Below the pieces are notes generated by a model. It did not search any database. It was not told where the DNA came from and saw only the letters and a list, made by a program, of their open reading frames with translations. This document shows, in pieces, positions 12,085-23,832 of a stretch of DNA of 64,000 nucleotides. The DNA is from Haliotis rubra (Eukaryota): assembly GCF_003918875.1 (NCBI RefSeq), contig NW_025766081.1:1178001-1242000 (forward strand), written 5' to 3'. Each line of letters opens with the position of its first letter. The stretch's first letter is position 1. A program made the position numbers and the translations under genes.

Positions 12085-13170
12085 ATGGCAACATTCAACG
12101 TCAACCAATCAAATGATTCAGCATCAACGAGGAACCTCTTGTGGGAGGAAAATGAAAACATGGCCAAGACTCTCATTCCTGCCATGGCGTTTGTAGGAGC
12201 CATAATGGTGATCGGATTCTTTGGAAACATTTTAGTATGTTTCATATTCACAAGAAGGATTCCTTTGTCTGTCAACACTTTTCTTCTGGTCTTCCTCGCG
12301 GCTTTGGACCTGGTGAACTGCACATTGGCAATGCCGTTCGAAATAATGGACATGCGCTATCATTACCTTTTTGAAAGTGACATAACATGTAAGATATTTC
12401 GTTTTATTGTAGCATTTCCCAATATCGACTCGGCATTTGTTTTGTTGATCATTACAGTCGACAGATACAAGCGGGTATGTAACCCCATGTCAGATCAAAT
12501 GACATTTAAGGATTCCAGGAGGAATATTACCATAGCAACTGCTGCTGCCATCCTTGTTTCTTTGCCAGCTTTGGTAATATATGGAAAACGAACAGTGAAA
12601 ACAAACACATATGAACTTAGAGGGCACGATTGTACAACGAGTGAAAACATGAAGGGTTCAATTGTCCCCTTTATTTACCAGATATTTGGAGGAAGTGTAA
12701 TGCTAGTCATATCTATGGCGATATGCTATATGTATATCAACGTTTGGAGAGAAATACGGAAACACAAAAAGAACATTTGTAACAACACACAATTTGTTCT
12801 TCGTGAAAATTCAAGGAGAGGAAATATTGTAAGCACCAATTCAGATTTTCAAGATGAAGAAATACCACATGACACAAATCCAAAGCACAAATTAATCAGG
12901 GGAAAACGCATAACCGTCATTGCTTTTACAGTGACATTTGCCTTCATACTGAGTTTCCTCCCTTTTGCAGTGATCATGACGGTGCGCAGTGTTCAAACTT
13001 TGACATTTCATCCTGATGGAGTCTGGTTTGTGACGTACAACATTCTAATTCGGTCGTACTTCATCAGTTCAATGACAAACCCATTAGTGTACGGATTCAT
13101 GAGTCTGAGGTTTAGACAGGAATGTTTTAATGTGGGTTTTTCAAAATGCATTTGTGAAAGACGACAATAA
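12085..13170 (+). CDS. Class A (rhodopsin-like) orphan GPCR, subtype A, copy 1 (361 aa from ATG 12085)
   Basis: Seven hydrophobic segments; GN (TM1), LAALD (TM2), Cys at the top of TM3 and in ECL2, VDRY, SFLP (TM6), NPLVY, FRQEC helix 8; N-glycosylation sequons; Kozak ACCATGG; acceptor TTCCCATTCCAG ending at 12052. Confidence 0.93.
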   Translation: MATFNVNQSNDSASTRNLLWEENENMAKTLIPAMAFVGAIMVIGFFGNILVCFIFTRRIPLSVNTFLLVFLAALDLVNCTLAMPFEIMDMRYHYLFESDITCKIFRFIVAFPNIDSAFVLLIITVDRYKRVCNPMSDQMTFKDSRRNITIATAAAILVSLPALVIYGKRTVKTNTYELRGHDCTTSENMKGSIVPFIYQIFGGSVMLVISMAICYMYINVWREIRKHKKNICNNTQFVLRENSRRGNIVSTNSDFQDEEIPHDTNPKHKLIRGKRITVIAFTVTFAFILSFLPFAVIMTVRSVQTLTFHPDGVWFVTYNILIRSYFISSMTNPLVYGFMSLRFRQECFNVGFSKCICERRQ

Positions 13171-13288
13171 ATATATTCCTGAACATATTTGCATTTCGTA
13201 ATCCAGTGTTGTTGATGAAAGTTATGAGTTTATAAAACCAGCAAATGAAAAAATATTAAAATATTCTGCAAAGACGTTAATTAGTTAT

Positions 13289-13748
13289 CGACCCTGAGAA
13301 GATCGGAGTTCCAATTGGTCTTCAACAACCCATGTTTGTCGTAAGAGGCGACTAACAGGATCGGATGGTCAAGCTTCCGGACTTAGTTGTCACATGTCGT
13401 TGTATCCCAGTTGCGTAGATCCATGCTCATGCTGTTGATCACTGGATGCTACAGACATCGGGGTAGCAGAGCAAAACGATATAAATGTATTACACTTGAC
13501 TGCATTCTAAGATCCAGGTTACGATTGATCTTCAATAACCCATGCTTGTCGTAAGAGGCGACTAACGGGATCGGGTGGTCAGGCTCGCTGATTTGGTTGA
13601 CACATGTCAACGTATCCCAATTGCACAGATCGATGCTCATGCTGTTGATCACTGGATTGTCTTTACTAGACTCGATTATTTACAGACCTCCGCCAAATAG
13701 TTGGAATATTGCTGAGTGCGGCTTTAAACTAAACTCACTCACTCACTC
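13289..13748 (+). mobile_element. Two adjacent family B retroposon copies (13289-13448 partial; 13508-13748)
   Basis: Match to the family consensus; duplicated at 21457-21918 as part of the segmental duplication. Confidence 0.85.
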
Positions 13749-14675
13749 GAGGACGAGTATGGTTTTAAGAAACCAAGAAATATAATCACGACGAGTCTGG
13801 ATTAATCCAGTCAGGTCTATCCTAAAACATCATGCTGACCCTGCATAATCTAAAGTCCCCGTCATGATGACTCCAGCCTTCTCTTTACAATTTACGAAGA
13901 TTCAAATTTCCTCATGATAAAGAATGATGAAGTATAATGGGGACATTTGAATATTTGTAGACCTCGCCATCATCGTTGTGGTGACAGTTCTATCAGAGTT
14001 TCTTCATGTCCTTTAAAGATATATCTTGTCAAGTCTTTCCCTGTATGTTCTGTGCATCCACATGACCTTTGTACGCGGATGTCAAACTCTCTTCCATTTC
14101 GGATAATATGACTTCCTGTAAACATACAAGTGGGTTATAAATATATGAATAGGAAGAAAGTCATCTCAAGCCCTTTTCAACTTTGTGTAGAATTTGTGTT
14201 ACCCTTACAAAGAATTCACACCAGACAACAAACTGAGTCGTGAGGATGTAAAATGGCTCCCTTAAAAGTAAGTATGGCAGCAACTAACTTTCCAGGGTCC
14301 AGGGACCCGATCCACAAAACGTTAATGTTCGTAGTACTACGGAATTCTTAAGCCTGTGATAAAGTGTAGAGTTACGATGAGTCGTAAGGATCGGGGTCTA
14401 GGACTGTGGATCGGAGCCTAGGACTTGATAAGCAAACGTTACATACTTGTTCTGTTACATGTATTATATTTTGGTTATTGTCGTAAGTGAGCAGGTTTGG
14501 CTTAATGAGTTGTGAACAGCATTTCGGTCTTATGGAGGCACGTTAACATGGATGGAGCCCAGATAAATGGAGGAATTCTCTCTGACAAACCATGATCCCA
14601 GCGAATCTTGGTTCGAACCAACGATCCAGGTTTTCTGGTACACCTCAGGGTTCTGTTGAGTAGTACTATACTACT

Positions 14676-14844
14676 GGGTCGGTGGGGTAGCCTTGTGGTT
14701 AAGGCGTTCAATCGTCACACCGAAGACCCGGGTTCGATTCCCCGCTTGGGTAAAATGTGTCAAGCCCATTTCTGGTGTTCCCTGTCGTGACATTGCTGGA
14801 ATATTGCTTAAAAGCGGCGTAAGACTAAACTCACTCACTCACTC
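14676..14844 (+). mobile_element. tRNA-derived SINE, family A (paralogue at 22466-22635)
   Basis: A and B boxes and family tail; lies about 55 nt upstream of the GPCR acceptor. Confidence 0.88.
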
Positions 14845-14904
14845 CTATACAACAATTTCTTCACAATATACCTGTTACACCTTGATGTGTTTTAGATTCC
14901 AGAC

Positions 14905-16041
14905 ATGTTCAAGGTGTCGCCTATGAAAATCACCATGACAACTTTCAACGTCAACCAATCAAATTATTCCGTGTCAAATGAGAACCTCTTGTGGAAGGAA
15001 AATGAAAACATGGCCAAGACTCTCATCCCCGCCATGGCGTTTGTAGGAGTCATAATGGTGATCGGATTCTTTGGAAACGTTTTAGTATGTTACATATTCA
15101 CAAGAAGGATTCCTTTGTCTGTCAACACTTTTCTTCTGGTTATTCTCGCAGCCTTGGATCTGGTGAATTGTACATTGAACATGCCGTTTGAAATAATAGA
15201 CCTGCGATATTTCTACGTTTTTGAAAGTGATATTGCGTGTAAAATCTTTCGCTTTCTTGTAGCATTTCCCAATATCGACTCGACATTTGTTTTGTTGATC
15301 ATAACAGTCGACAGATACAAACGGGTGTGTAGGCCAATGTCAATTCAAATGACGTTTAAAGATGCTAGGAAGTATGTTGCCATAGCAACTGCTGCTGCAA
15401 TCCTCCTGTCCTTGCCGGCTGTGTTGATATATGGAACAGAAACAGTGAAAACAAGCATGAAGGAACTGTATGGTCAAGACTGTAAATCTACTGACAAAAT
15501 TACGGGCACAGCATTCCGGTTTTTTTACCAGGTAGCTATCGGACTAGGTGCAATGCTTATCTCCGCGGTATTATGTTATATTTATGTCCACATCTGGAGA
15601 GAAATACGGACACATGAAATAAACATTCGGAAGAAAACCCAATTCGTCCTAATGGATACGAGTAATTCAACCAAACATAGCACCACAGGTCCAAGCCCAG
15701 GCCATCAAAGTGAAGATATACCAAACGAGATTAAGGGGAGACCAACCAGCAGAAAACGAATAACCTTCATTGCTTTTACCGTGACATTCGTCTTCATGTT
15801 GAGTTATCTGCCCCTTGCTGTCATCATGGCGGTCCGAAGTGTCCCCGAGCCCAAATGGCCTCTTGATGGACTGCTGAGTAGAATCCTGATCCGGTTCTGT
15901 TACCTTAATTCTATGACAAATCCCTTTGTCTACGGGTTTATGAGCAAGAGGTTCCGACGTGAGTGTTTTAAAGTATTTGTCCCAAAATGTCTTGTCTGTT
16001 ACGATCACACACTAGAGAACACTAGAGCCCATGGTTTCTAA
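14905..16041 (+). CDS. Class A orphan GPCR, subtype B, copy 2 (378 aa; alternative ATGs 14923 and 14935)
   Basis: Intact 7TM ORF with GN, LAALD, VDRY, SYLP and NPFVY; preceded by the acceptor TTTAGATTCCAG. Confidence 0.93.
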   Translation: MFKVSPMKITMTTFNVNQSNYSVSNENLLWKENENMAKTLIPAMAFVGVIMVIGFFGNVLVCYIFTRRIPLSVNTFLLVILAALDLVNCTLNMPFEIIDLRYFYVFESDIACKIFRFLVAFPNIDSTFVLLIITVDRYKRVCRPMSIQMTFKDARKYVAIATAAAILLSLPAVLIYGTETVKTSMKELYGQDCKSTDKITGTAFRFFYQVAIGLGAMLISAVLCYIYVHIWREIRTHEINIRKKTQFVLMDTSNSTKHSTTGPSPGHQSEDIPNEIKGRPTSRKRITFIAFTVTFVFMLSYLPLAVIMAVRSVPEPKWPLDGLLSRILIRFCYLNSMTNPFVYGFMSKRFRRECFKVFVPKCLVCYDHTLENTRAHGF

Positions 16042-16224
16042 AACAGCTGATATGATGGGTCCACTTTTGGGAGGGCAAAGGTCAGTCGTCACATGTGTTT
16101 TCAACAATTTGTGAGACTCAATATTTAACACATTTAACCAACCATTATAACTGCAACACTCTCAGTATCTAACACATTTAATCAACCATTATAACTGCAA
16201 CACTCAAAAGCTGCGTTAACCCAA

Positions 16225-16337
16225 GTCACTCATTCATTCCTATATGTTCTTATGACTCATTCATTCCTATATGTTCTTATGACTCATTCATTCCTATATG
16301 TTCTTATGACTCATTCATTCCTATATGTTTTTATGAC
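16225..16337. repeat. 27-bp minisatellite, about 4 copies (TCATTCATTCCTATATGTTCTTATGAC)
   Basis: Directly visible; single copy in the paralogous unit near 23978. Confidence 0.9.
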
Positions 16338-18584
16338 CCTTACGAACTGTGTCTTGCGTAACAAGCAGGGCTGTATCGATACATCGAACTATCGATGGAT
16401 TGCAATTGTTGAGTCTCCGATAGCAATTATGGTAGAAGAGATGGTAGGAACGTAAAATTATCTTTGCATGGTGCATCGATAGTATGTGTGACTATCGATA
16501 GTGTAGTTTAATTGACTTTCGTTGATAAATGGGCAGCGCAATTTTTTTATTAAATATTTATGTTGTATTGTATTATTTTATCGTTTGGGTGCAGACTTGC
16601 AGCTTCATTGGGTTTTAACTGTTTACTTGATCTCGGTTTCAGGGTTGTTGTCAGTTATTAAAAGAGAAACTATTTCAACTTGTTTCTATTATATATAAAC
16701 TATTCATTCATTTGTGAAGTGACTTTAAATGGGAAAATTCAAGGAGAAAAACTATCTCAATAGTATTTCAATACTTCGTCGCAATAGACTATCGCTATGG
16801 CAATAGTTGTTTAATTCCCCCTCAATAATCACCCCAAGTAGCAAGGAAATAGGAAAAGGCCGTCGCCAAATCGCAGGACATCTGAAAACGAGAGTTTGTT
16901 GACCGCAAGAAGAACTGAAGTGCAAATGTGACACTGATAGTAGCAGGGTGTCAGAGTAGATTATATTTATACCTTCCTTGTAAAGTCACAACCCTTGACT
17001 GTGATTTAAGAAGTGTAGCAAGTTTGCGAGTGGCTAATCGTAGAATTAGGCTTACCACAGACATGATTTGGTATGCACAACTGTATGTGTGCATGTTTGT
17101 GGCATGTGTGCGTGTTTGTGGAACCTTACTGTGCTTCCGTGCTTCCGTGCGTGCGTTCGTGTCTGTCTGTACGAACCCACGGAGATTCCGTGCTACAGTT
17201 GATCAATCGCTGTCGTTTATCGAGCACAACAAAACCCAGTTGTAAGAATGTGCATAAATAAAAGTCAGGCTTCGTCTGCTTGGAAACAAATCTAAACAAA
17301 AGAATATGTTAAAGTACTGTTCTCCTGCTCATAACAGAGTATCAAGTCAAAACATTGATTACACAATAGTCTCGTTTCCTGCTGACTGGGTTCCGTCCTA
17401 TTACGCAACTTAGTACAATAGCCAGTCCAGAAGTTTGAAACCAGCTCATTCAACTGGATATATAAATATTAATCAGTACTATTTGATACATCTAATCACT
17501 TGTCTATTGCCACTCAACGATCCTCTAATCCTTGCAATCACGTCGTGCAGCGTGCTCTGTCGTACAGCGTACTCTGACAAACGGAAATCTGGAAATCATG
17601 AAAATCTCAAAACGAGGGTCGGCCGGGAGAAACGTTTGGCGGTCTGGTACGGATTTGATGTATATGAATCACACTGTACGTTACAAAAATACACTGAATA
17701 AGCGCAAAGAACACATAACAGGTGTAACCAGAGTGCCAGATGAATTATGAATCATTGTACGACCTCTTCAAACAGGGGCCGTCTGTGACGTCTTAGTTAA
17801 CGACATGCTGCCTAAACCTCGACATAAAATATAGAAATACGATTTTTTAAAACTTTAAAATTAATTTGTAAATACCAATTTCGTATGAAACAAGGAATTG
17901 GAATTCAGTGTAACCATAGTTGTTTGTAGTGTCTCTTTTCACTTTCACACGAACAAAATCGGATCGGCTGAAAAGTAGGTCATTGAGACTCCTGTTTCGG
18001 TTTGTCTTAAACATTGATAAGAGACTTAGTGTCCCATTACCTATATCATTAGTACGCTCTATCATGCACATCATGTATTTGTTTCTTTGGACAAGGTTAT
18101 TCATGATATGTCGATATTGCTGAAACAGTTGTTGTCTGATTTTCAATACCCATTCAACAATGAATACACTTTGAGCATAAAATGAAACTACATCTTTTGT
18201 CCTCATAACCTAAATAAAGCTTTCAAAACGTTTAATGTTAGACACGTATAGGAGGACATTTCCAAATTTGGCGCATCGATGACAGAAGCGGGATCCTATA
18301 CCATAGGTTGTACCATATGTTCCAGGGTGTTTTTTCGTTTAATTTTCAGGTGAATAATTGACTAGCTTTTGCATGTGTTTGTGACGCATGTCATCTGAAA
18401 GGCTCCTCTTCCCTGATAAGATCGCTCATCTTGTATGATAGCTAGCTGGATCACTAGTCCGGCGCCTTAGACAGCTCGCCCACCGCTCCCCCACTCCGTT
18501 TTATGTAAATATCTTAGATAATTTATTGTTATTCATCATCAATAATAAAGGATTTGAAGTTGACATTTCGTTGTTTGTGTTATA

Positions 18585-18743
18585 GTGAGTGACTGAGTGA
18601 GTGAGTAAGTTTAGTTTTACGCCCCTTATAGCAATATTGCAGCAATATCATGGCGGGGGGCACCAGAACTCGGCTTCACACATTGTGCTCGGGTGTTCGG
18701 CGTGACGTGAGAACGCTTTAACCACGGTGCTACCCCACCGCCC
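18585..18743 (-). mobile_element. tRNA-derived SINE, family A, internally deleted (paralogue at 26494-26644)
   Basis: Reverse complement of the family consensus lacking the B-box segment. Confidence 0.82.
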
Positions 18744-19035
18744 ATGTTTGTGTTACATGAGTTCATTCGGCCGCTGATTGATCTGCTGTGAAGTCATTCG
18801 AGCAGATGTGATTTCAAGTGACGTCACCATATACCGATCTCGTCTGACGTCACTGGTATTCGGCCACTTCATGTTCAGTTCAAATCCTGCTGTAATTATT
18901 TGAGAACGAACAACGTTAATCAAATGATTCGGTCTCAAACTTTCTGTCAATGCTTTTTGAAATCCTACAAAAATGATATTCTAAACACGATAGGCCTATG
19001 GGGGACCATGTCGTGTGGTTCCCCTCTATGCAGGT

Positions 19036-19284
19036 ACCCGTGAAGGTCCGGGTTAGAATCGGTCTTCAGCAACGTGCTTGTCGTAAGAGGCGACTAACGG
19101 GATAGGGTTGTCAGGGTCGCCGACTCAATTTAAAACATGTCATCGTATCCCAATTGCATAGATCGATGCTCATACTGTTGATCACTGGGTTGTCTGGTTC
19201 AGGTTCGATTGTTTACATACCTCTACCACGCAGGTGGAATATTACTGAGTACGGCGTTAAACAACAAACTAGCCAACCAACAAA
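19036..19284 (+). mobile_element. Family B short retroposon, full length (deleted paralogue at 26950-27157)
   Basis: Starts ACCCGTGAAGGTCCGGGTTAG; degenerate TSD CTCTATGCAGGT / CTCAATGCATGGT. Confidence 0.9.
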
Positions 19285-20269
19285 CTCAATGCATGGTTTA
19301 ACTGCAGTGTCTGCTGAGATCAGATTCTAAAGTACAATGGTGTGACGACAGGATAAATATATCCTTCTCTTGCCAATCCTGACTTTCTCTGAGAAATTCA
19401 GTAGTTGGTGATGCATGCATTCAGTCTAAGATAAACGCAAATAAATTGACATCGACTCTTGAGAAAAACATCGTGAATATTTTAGGAACGTCCGGATGGT
19501 TAGATCTTTAAATTTGAATATCCGACATCATGTCTATTGTCACCAGGATGAAACCGGAACCTGCCCATTCTGTTAATATGTTGAACACTGACGCTTTCAC
19601 ATAAGTAGCAGTTGGCATAGATTTACAAGCGACATTTTGAAGTATTCTCCATCGACGTACGTGGACAACTAAAGGAACACACAAACGAATACATAAGTAA
19701 GTCTGTCATAATGAATATTTACATTTACATTATGTGCAGGATGAGCAGACATATTAAATGTCCGAAATCTATGGCAATGACAACATAGCTTATACCATTT
19801 TTATAGCTCTATGTGCGTGCTTGTGTTGTCGTCTATTGCCGGTTATATTGTGGAAACCGATTAAGATACCCTGCTCCTGATGGTCGCGTACCGATCCGTC
19901 GAATTTATGATTTCAGAGTAGTAAAATGCATTCGACGGATGAGCACTGTGATCTTAGCTATTAAATAGTTATCAAAACATTGGATCATACCACAAAAAAG
20001 ACGCCACAAGGGATGTTGGATGGTTTGACTTTATTTTTGTACTTTTGTACTTATCTTTGCCTACTCATACGATACAATGAGAAATTGATGCATTAAATAT
20101 ATGTTTTGACTCTATATTTTTGCAATTGATGCATTAAATAAAATGCATTCATACGAAGAAATATATACAAGGATATTATATCTATATCTGCATTCAATAA
20201 AACGAAACATTATTTCCTTGACACATTTTCAGTTTGTAGGAATGTTACACACAATCACCATACTCCGAA

Positions 20270-21340
20270 AATCAACCACTCAAATTATACCGTGTCAAAT
20301 GAGAACCTCTTGTTGGAGGAAGATGAAAACATGGCCAAGACTCATCCCTGCCATGACGTTTGTAGGAGTCATAATGGTGATCGGATTTTTTGGGAACGTT
20401 TTAGTATGTTTCATATTCACAAGAAGGATTCCTTTGTCTGTCAACACTTTTCTTCTGGTCTTCCTCGCAGCTTTGGACCTGGTGAACTGCACATTGGTAA
20501 TGCCCTTCGAAATCATGGACATTCGCTATCATTACCTTTTTGAAAGTGACATAACATGTAAGATATTTCGCTTTTTTATGTCATTTCCCAATATCGACTC
20601 GATAATTGTTTTGCTGATCATAACAGTCGACAGATACAAACGGGTATGTAAGCCCATGTCAATTCAAATGACCACGAAGGTGGCCAAGAGGCATGTTGCC
20701 ATAGCAATCACTGCAGCCCTTTTCTTCTCCCTGCCAGCTTTGGTAATATATGGAAAACGAACAGTGAAAACAAAACACATATGGACTGTGTGGACACGAG
20801 TGTACAACAAGTGAAAACATGAAAGGTTCAGTGTCCCCCTTTATTTACCAAATATTTTAAGGAAGTGTAGTGTTGGTTATATCTGTTGCAATATGCTATA
20901 TGTATATCAACGTTTGGAGAGAAATACGGAAACATTAGGAAAACATTTGTAACAACACACAATTTGTTCTTCATGAAAATTCAAGGAGAGGAAATATCTC
21001 AAGCACCAATTCAGATTTTCAGGATGAAGAAATGCCACATGCAACAAATCCAAAGCACAAATTAATCAGGGGAAAATGCATAACCGTCATTGCTTTTACA
21101 GTGACATTTGCCTTCATACTGAGTTACCTCCCTTATGTTGTAATCATGACGGTGCGCAGTGTTCAAACTTTGACATTTCATTCTGATGGAGTCTGGTTTG
21201 TGACGTACAATATTCTAATTCGGTCGTACTTCATCAGTTCAATGATAAACCCATTAGTGTTTGGATTCATGAGTCTGAGGTTTAGACAGGAATGTTTTAA
21301 TGTGGGTTTTTCAAAATGCAGTTGGGAAAGACGACAATAA
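20270..21340 (+). pseudogene. GPCR subtype A pseudogene, copy 3
   Basis: Start codon and acceptor removed by an about 820-bp deletion relative to 28069-28891; 2-bp deletion near 20340, 1-bp insertion near 20772, in-frame TAA near 20858 and a further lesion near 20935. Confidence 0.92.
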
Positions 21341-22696
21341 ATATATTCCAGAACATATTTGCATTTCGTAATCCAGTGTTGTTGATGAAAGTTATGAGTT
21401 TATAAACCAGCAAATGAAAAATATTAAAATATTCTGCAAAGACGTTAATTAGTTATCGACCCTGAGAAGATCGGAGTTCCAATTGGTCTTCAACAACCCA
21501 TGTTTGTCGTAAGAGGCGACTAACAGGATCGGATGGTCAAGCTTCCGGACTTAGTTGTCACATGTCGTTGTATCCCAGTTGCGTAGATCGATGCTCATGC
21601 TGTTGATCACTGGATGGTACAGACATTGGGGTAGCAGGGCACCACGATATAAATGTATTACACTTGACTGCATTCTAAGATCCAGGTTACGATTGATCTT
21701 CAATAACCCATGCTTGTCGTAAGAGGTGACTAACGGATCCGGAGGCCAGGCTCGCTGATTTGGTTGACACATGTCATCGTACCCCAATTGCACAGATCGA
21801 TACTCATGCTGTTGATCACTGGATTGTCTTTACTAGACTCGATTATTTACAGACCGCCGCCAAATAGTTGGAATATTGCTGAGTGCGGCCTTAAACTAAA
21901 CTCACTCACTCACTCACTCGAGCCCTTTCAACTTCGTGTAGAATTTGTGTTACCCTTACAAAGAAATCACACCAGACAACAAACTGTGTCGTGAGGATGT
22001 AAAATGGCTCCCTTAAAAGTAAGTATGGCAGGGACTAACTTTCCAGGGTCCAGGGACCCGATCCATAAAACGTTAATGTTCGTAGCACTACGGAATTCCT
22101 AAGCCTGTGCTAAAGTGTAGAGTTACGATGAGTCGTAAGGATCGGGGCCTAGGACTGTGGATCGGGGCCTAGGACTGTGGATTGGGGTCTAGGACTGTGG
22201 ATCGGAGCCTGGGACTTGATAAGCATACGTTACATACTTGTTCTGTTACATGTATTTTATTTTGTATATTGTCGTAAGTGAGCAGGTTTGGCTTAATGAG
22301 TTGTGAACAGCATTTCGGTCTTATGGAGGCACGTTAACTTGGATGGAGCCCAGATAGATGGAGGAATTCTCTCTAACAAACCATGATCCCGGCGAATCTT
22401 GGTTCGAACCAACGATCCAGGTTTCTGGTACACCTCAGGGTTCTGTTGAGTAGTACTATACTACTGGGTCGGTGGGGTAGCCTTGTGGTTAAGGCGTTCA
22501 ATCGTCACACCGAAGACCCGGGTTCGATTCCCCGCTTGGGTAAAATGTGTCAAGCCCATTTCTGGTGTTCCCTGTCGTGACATTGCTGGAATATTGCTTA
22601 AAAGCGGCGTAAGACTAAACTCACTCACTCACTCCTATACAACTATATTTCTTCACAATATACCTGTTACACCTTGATGTGTTTTAGATTCCAGAC

Positions 22697-23832
22697 ATGT
22701 TCAAGGTGTCGCCTATGAAAATCACCATGGCAACATTCAACGTCAACCAATCAAATTATTCCGTGTCAAATGAGAACCTCTTGTGGAAGGAAAATGAAAA
22801 CATGGCCAAGACTCTCATCCCCGCCATGGCGTTTGTAGGAGTCATAATGGTGATCGGATTCTTTGGAAACTTTTTAGTATGCTACATATTCACAAGAAGG
22901 ATTCCTTTGTCTGTCAACACTTTTCTTCTGGTTATTCTCGCAGCCTTGGATCTGGTGAATTGTACATTGAACATGCCGTTTGAAATAATAGACCTGCGAT
23001 ATTTCTACGTTTTTGAAAGTGATATTGCGTGTAAAATTTTTCGCTTTCTTGTAGCATTTCCCAATATCGACTCGACATTTGTTTTGTTGATCATAACAGT
23101 CGACAGATACAAACGGGTGTGTAGGCCAATGTCAATTCAAATGACGTTTAAAGATGCTAGGAAGTATGTTGCCATAGCAACTGCTGCTGCAATCCTCCTG
23201 TCCTTGCCGGCTGTGTTGATATATGGAACAGAAACAGTGAAAACAAGCATGAAGGAACTGTATGGTCAAGACTGTAAATCTACTGACAAAATTACGGGCA
23301 CAGCATTCCGGTTTTTTTACCAGGTAGCTATCGGACTAGGTGCAATGCTTATCTCCGCGGTATTATGTTATATTTATGTCCACATCTGGAGAGAAATACG
23401 GACACATGAAATAAACATTCGGAAGAAAACCCAATTCGTCCTAATGGATACGAGTAATTCAACCAAACATAGCACCACAGGTCCAAGCCCAGGCCATCAA
23501 AGTGAAGATATACCAAACGAGATTAAGGGGAGACCAACCAGCAGAAAACGAATAACCTTCATTGCTTTTACCGTGACATCCGTCTTCATGTTGAGTTATC
23601 TTCCCCTTGCTGTCATCATAGCAGTCGAAGTGTCCCCGAGCCCAAATGGCCTCTTGATGGACTGCTGAGTAGAATCCTGATCCGGTTCTATTACCTTAAT
23701 TCTATGACAAACCCCTTTGTCTACGGGTTTATGAGCAAGAGGTTCCGACGTGAGTGTTTTAAAGTATTTGTTCCAAAATGTCTCGTCTGTTACGATCCTA
23801 CACTAGAAAATACTAGAGCACGTGGTTTCTAA
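22697..23832 (+). pseudogene. GPCR subtype B, copy 4, frameshifted after TM6 (ORF 22697-23668 lacks TM7)
   Basis: Near-identical to copy 2; ATAGCAGTCGAAGT versus ATGGCGGTCCGAAGT shows a 1-bp loss near 23625; the NPFVY segment persists out of frame to the TAA at 23830-23832. Confidence 0.8.

Noticed and set aside
11946-12353. Recurrent antisense ORFs over the GPCRs (also 20295, 28907, 42681)
   Set aside because: Shadow frames of the paralogous coding strand.
13289-13361. CCTG/CAGG variant of family B P1 as covariation evidence
   Set aside because: It can be explained by CpG deamination on each strand, so it was not counted.
20143-20814. 223-aa GPCR ORF with a novel N-terminus
   Set aside because: Artefact of the deletion plus frameshifts; it ends after TM4.
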